This document shows, piece after piece, positions 59,050 to 64,000 of a stretch of 64,000 nucleotides of DNA. The notes beneath the pieces were generated by a model. It saw only the letters and a list, made by a program, of their open reading frames with translations, ran no database searches and was not told where the DNA came from. The translations under genes were made by a program, and so were the position numbers. The stretch is from contig NC_087471.1 of NCBI RefSeq assembly GCF_036321535.1, positions 930,001 to 994,000 of the forward strand, in the 5' to 3' direction. Within the stretch, counting starts at the first letter, position 1; each line of letters starts with the position of its first letter. Origin of the DNA: Camelus dromedarius (lineage: Eukaryota).

Positions 59050-61346
59050 CTGAAAATAACGAGGAACAAGGATATTTAAACACTTAAACTGTCTGTCCAC
59101 ATAAACTCAACATGATTGCTGGAAAGGCCCCGAAAAGAAACCCGGCCTTAACTTCTGGACCTCCGGCAGCACACGCTCATCTGTGCACTTATGCAAACTG
59201 GAGGTGGGGGGTGTGAAATCCCGCGCCCACGAACAAAGGAAGTGCAACCCGTCGGTCACCCAGGTGCCGGAGCTGCTCCCCAGCCACTGACCGCCACCAC
59301 TTCCCTGCCCAGGCAGCCATTCAAATGCGAGCCGGGGTCACTGTCAGCTGAGAGTCTGTTAGTCACAAAAGCATCACCGACTTGTCTACTGGCCTCAGGT
59401 ACGCGGCCTTTAGAGCCCACTGCCATTGAGATCCAGGGGCGCAAGGCACAAGGAGAAGAGATACAGGTGACGCGCTCACGAGAAGATGATTTCCTCAAGA
59501 ACCCACTTACAACTCCCTCTTCCTTTGTTTCTGGTTGTTGTTTTTAAGCCAAACAGAAGAGTTTCCACACTGGTGTAGCAAGTTCCTGCAGGGTACTTGT
59601 CACCCCCTCCCAGCGCAGGATGGAACCCTCAAAACACGGGTCCCTGGGTCCAGTAAGATCACAGACTATCAGACCATGGGTCAGAACTGAACCACCAGAG
59701 GCCACCAGCAGGTCTGATGAAGGTTTAGAGGCTGGTTATGAATGGGCGCTGACAGACACCTCTAATGACTGCAAATGGTTCGACATACTTTTTAAGCCTC
59801 AGAGTCAAATTCCAGCATTTTTTGTGGTTGGAATTTTTTTTTTTTTGCTTTTGCTTTAAGGGCTTAGACAATTTTCGCGATTTTTCCGAAGACAGCCGAG
59901 CAGTGGCAGATGCTCCCTGGAAACATGGCTGACGTCCCGTCTCTCCCACAGCCCCGGGGGCAGTGGGACCAGCGTGCCTGCAGCACACAAACCAGCCGGT
60001 ACTCCACTCGCCCATGTCCACCCGCGCGCACGCCTTCCAGGGCCACCCACGGCCCCTCGGTGCCCAGTAGGTCCCCTGAACCCTAAGCAAACAGCTCAAG
60101 GCACCAGATGTGACCTCAAGGTGACAGGCGGAAATGGGTGGGCTGCACCAGGGGCCACTGTGCTGTGCGGCCCGAGGCTGGTTCTGGGTCCTTCCCACAC
60201 AGCGGCTGCTTCTGACGGCCAATGCAAGGGCAAAAATATCTTCAGGTGAGCAAGCAGGGAAGTGTCCCGGACAAGGTCATACCCACCAGGACCCAGAACC
60301 GATGTCTCCTGTTACAACGCTGGGCGAGGGGTCGGCACAACCAACGGGCAGGCGATGGGTAAACCAGACGACCTGTTCACACGGGGCTCCCCTACCACGG
60401 GGCACGGGGGCACCTGGAGACTGCCGGAAACACTTCAGGGAAAAAGAAGCGGGTCTCCCGTAAGTAAGAGGTTGAGGTAAACAATGCGAATGCCAAGAAT
60501 TTTAAAACCAAAGAACGCCTTTCTTCTAGAAATTCAGTAAGTCTTTGTCACTTTAATAAATAAAAGCCCAGAGCTGTCTGTTCTGTGGTTGGACAAGCCG
60601 TGCATCACAGTCGCCCTGACTTCATGGTGCTGAGCAACAGGGGCAGCAGGTTAGGGGGTCTGCGTGCGCGTCTTCGGCTTGACCCCCTCCCACAGGGCAC
60701 CTGGACACCGGCGTCCCCCACTCCCCCCCGTTTTCTGCCTTCAGGCCACATCTTCATATCTACCCCCCATCAAAGAGCTTCTAGCCCCAAGGCTCCTGAG
60801 TGAAGACACACACTTCTGGCTCAGCCGACCGCGAGGCCCCGGGGGCCCCCAGCTGTCTGTACCCTTTACCGCTGCAATTTTTCCTCTCCCTTCCCAACAT
60901 AAAAACCCACAAGCTATAATTAGTTATCACACAATGAAGAATGCAAAAGAGGTGCTCTGTGCGCAATTACGAATCAGATCAGTCTATGCATCTCCTTCAG
61001 GTATGCATACCTGCTTATCACGGACCCACAGCGGTCCACTTGCCAAAGAAGTGAATGACACTGACCAGAAGAGGGAGAGGTGCTTCCCTCTCATGCAGGA
61101 GAAATCTGGTCTTCACCGCCCCCCCCACACCCCCAACCCGGCAGGGAGTGTGGGAGCCCCAGTGCCCAGGCCCTGACGCCAGCTGTCGCATGACCGTTAA
61201 GGCAACAGCGCAGAGCCCAGGTGAAGGGGGCCTGAGTCCTGCTTACATTCTGCAAATGTCACCTCGCCTTCCCAAGGCCCCTTGCCTCAGCAGTAGCCCA
61301 ACGCTCTCCAGCACGTGAAGAAGACACAGGCGGGGTGGGGCCGGGC

Positions 61347-61540
61347 GTGGGACTCCGTGGTCAGAAGCACCTGGGTTCCGGGCCCGGCTTCTCCATTTTC
61401 CAGCTGTGTGACCCTGGGGAAGTTCCTGCGCTTTTCTGGGCCTCTGCTTCCTCATCTAGGAGATGGGGATAATAATAGTGCCTACCTCATGTTAAGTTCC
61501 ATGAGTGACCCATGCAAACAGCTTAGAACTAGGAAGCACC
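61347..61540 (+). mobile_element. MIR SINE
   Basis: cctgggttcc...gctgtgtgaccctggggaagtt...cttcctcatctaggagatggggataataatagtgcctacctcat. Confidence 0.85.
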
Positions 61541-62194
61541 AAACACTGACGATGACTCTTCCCATCTGTGAAGTGGAGCCAGTCACACCTAACCTGACTT
61601 CCGTACCTTGTCACAGACGTCAGGGTCTGGCCCCAGCAGGTGTGAGCACATTTCCAGCCCCCGTGATGACCGGGGGCGCCACCAGCCCCCTCCTCTCAGG
61701 GAAGCCAGAGCTCAGCGCCTGGGTTTGCCTGGGGCCACGTCCACGCTCTCCTGGGAACAGGGGCCTTGTCTCTGCGGTTGCAGATGGGGAGGGGGCCCCA
61801 GGCCCCACCTGCTGGACCTCCTCACTTCCGCCCAGAAGCCCACCCTGGAGGAGCCCGAGCAATGGGGAGATGCCAGCAGCACCCACCCACGCGCCCTGTC
61901 TGGGGTGGGCCTGCACACCAGCGGACACTGATCTGCATCTCTGAGAAGGGCTGCATGAGGCAGGCTGGCTATCACGCACTGTGCTGCGGGGCTGGGGGCA
62001 TGCGCTGGGGCAACCAAGCTTTCTGGGAGCCACTGGGTGACACCTGCCAAGATTCCACATCCAGACCCTCTGACCCAGCAGTCCTTCTTCAGGAATGCAG
62101 TTGGGCACAACCCCATGTGTATAAGATGCCCAAGTATGAGTCTGTTGACAGGAAAACTCGGGAAACACCTGGTCTACCTGTGTGCGTGCAGACC

Positions 62195-62560
62195 TGTGTA
62201 TGTGGGAACTGATTTGTATACCAGCTATGGCACATCTGTAGGACGGAATACTATGCAGCTGTTAAAAAGGTGGCCACTGAGCTAAAAAGAGGTCCAAGAT
62301 ACTCAGTTCCGTTAAAAGTAAGGTTCCCAATGGTGTTATAATGTGCTCCCATTTGTGTAGGCACCATTTCCGTGCTCACATAATTTAATCAAAACTATTT
62401 TTAGATCAGCATTTAATCAAAGATCTGTTGCCAGTGACCAACTACAGTGGCTTTGGTCTGGGGTAGGAGCATGTTTCTTTTTCACTACTTGTGTTCTTTA
62501 GATTGGATTCTTACCTTAAGCATGTGGTTTTCTAGTTAAAATACTTTTAATCTAATATTA
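62195..62560 (+). mobile_element. L1ME-type 3' fragment
   Basis: ctatggcacatctgtaggacggaatactatgcagctgttaaaaagg...aatgtgctcccatttgtgta. Confidence 0.55.
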
Positions 62561-63572
62561 AAAGTAAAGTATATTAAATGTAAAAAGTTTGGAAAATAAA
62601 AGGCCTGAGAAGAAAAAATGGGAGGGTAATTTCAAAAAACAGGTTACCATAACTATTAACATACGATTCCCCTTTCTGAAATTTACTAAACGTATTTCAT
62701 CAAAATGGAAATTTTTAAGAACAGCTGACAGATTTTACATCATTTCTGGCTGTTGTGACATTTTGTTAGACCTGCTTCTCCTAAGAAAACTCAGACATAG
62801 AGGAAAGTATTTCTGTTTAGGTTGAGTACAGGAGACCCCAACCCCAGCGCAGGGCCTGGGGGAGGGCAGGCTGAAAAGACCCCACGGTGCCCCGGGAAGT
62901 GGGGGAGGCAGGCTCGCAGCCACACGGCAGGAGGAACAGAGACCTGGAAGTCCCAGAAAGGAGGGCTTGTCGCCTGTGGGCTGCCGGAGGCGAGGGCAGG
63001 CCCCTGAGTGAACTGTGCCCCAGGAGTCCCTGCACGTGGCACCGTCCCATGTGATCCAGGGCTCCCAGGCACCGACTCATGGCTGTGTGACGCTCCAGAG
63101 TCAAATATGATACTGTTGGATGTTCAGATCATTGCCAGTTTCCCACTTAAAATTCATCTTTAAAGACTCATTTTAACAACCAGCAAAACTTGAGCAAGCA
63201 GCCCTTCTTTCTAGAATGGAGAGCCTACTCGCAGAGGTCTGGGTGCCACACAGAGGACACCGTGAGATGGTCTTAAGTCCCTGTCCTCACACACGGGGGG
63301 GGGGGGGGGAGGCAGGAAACAGGCCCAGAACACTTGTCACGCCCATAGGCTTGCTTCCTTCTACTGGGAAACACTGCACAGAACTTCCATGACTCACGGC
63401 CATTTGACTCACTGCTACGTTTTCCATTAGTTGGGGTCTTTTCGAAAAGGCCTAATTTTCTCTGCTATAAAACATAGTCAATGTCTAAAACTTTTTAAAT
63501 ACTTCTTCCAAGCCAATTAGATGCCTTAATTCAGTCCACGTTTATTCTCCCCCTAATGGGGTAGGCGGCAAA

Positions 63573-63660
63573 GTGTGGTGGCCAGAGAGCGGGCTCTGAG
63601 GCCAGCCTGCCTGGGCTCAGATCTGAGGAGGCCACTTCTCAGCTGTGTGACCTAGAACAG
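63573..63660 (+). mobile_element. MIR fragment
   Basis: gtggtggccagagagcgggctctgaggccagcctgcctgggctcagat...gctgtgtgacct. Confidence 0.6.
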
Positions 63661-63672
63661 GCCCCTCCCCTC

Positions 63673-63718
63673 CGGCTGCTCCCTCAGCCCCTCCCCCAGC
63701 TGCTCCCTCAGCCCCTCC
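63673..63718 (+). repeat. 24-bp tandem duplication
   Basis: gctgctccctcagcccctcc occurs twice. Confidence 0.8.
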
Positions 63719-64000
63719 ACCTCCCCAGCTCCACTCCGGGAGAGGAGGTGATGCACCCCACCTCCAGGGAGGGAGCAGCATGAATGAGGAGCTGTAAAGC
63801 ACATCCGTGTGCTGCAGGAGTGGACATTAAATAAATGCCAACACGGCGACACACATGACACCCTGCTGTCGCGATACAGCTGGACCCTCCCCCGCGCTGG
63901 GAAAGCCCATCAGAACCTCGGGGCCACACTCGGCCACGTTCTGGCAGAAACGAGTGTGGGGCAGAAGCGGGTCCTTTCAGTCCAGCACCGACCCCCCTGC

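Noticed and set aside
1-64000. CRISPR arrays, rRNA or prokaryotic defence systems
   Set aside because: The sequence is a mammalian intron-exon locus; no repeat-spacer arrays or rRNA-like sequence were seen.

Overview
Mammalian genomic DNA, very GC/CpG-rich. It is probably from a camelid, because it carries several tRNA-derived Vic-1-type SINEs. Two genes converge tail to tail. (1) SECISBP2, + strand: the last seven coding exons (1361-11329; K-rich/IILKE region and L7Ae SECIS-binding domain) plus a 3'UTR to about 12100. (2) SEMA4D/CD100, - strand: a 65-nt 5'UTR exon at 58985-59049 and 14 coding exons (47570 to 26207; 861-aa membrane form). Four further downstream exons (24740 to 14476) give a 733-aa form with no transmembrane segment. 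All exon boundaries were read directly as GT-AG with consistent phases. The most notable part is this alternative 3' cassette. It replaces the Ig+TM+tail exon with a split Ig domain showing C1-set (antibody/MHC constant-type) hallmarks, followed by a Trp-rich heptad helix and a terminal Cys, and it contains a strong candidate 34-nt poison micro-exon. Also noted: an intragenic CpG island directly upstream of a SECISBP2 exon, a 16-bp-period array of nuclear-receptor-like half-sites, a SEMA4D uORF, and a pervasive AT-to-GC drift signature. Comparisons with human proteins and repeat consensus sequences are from memory, not from searches.
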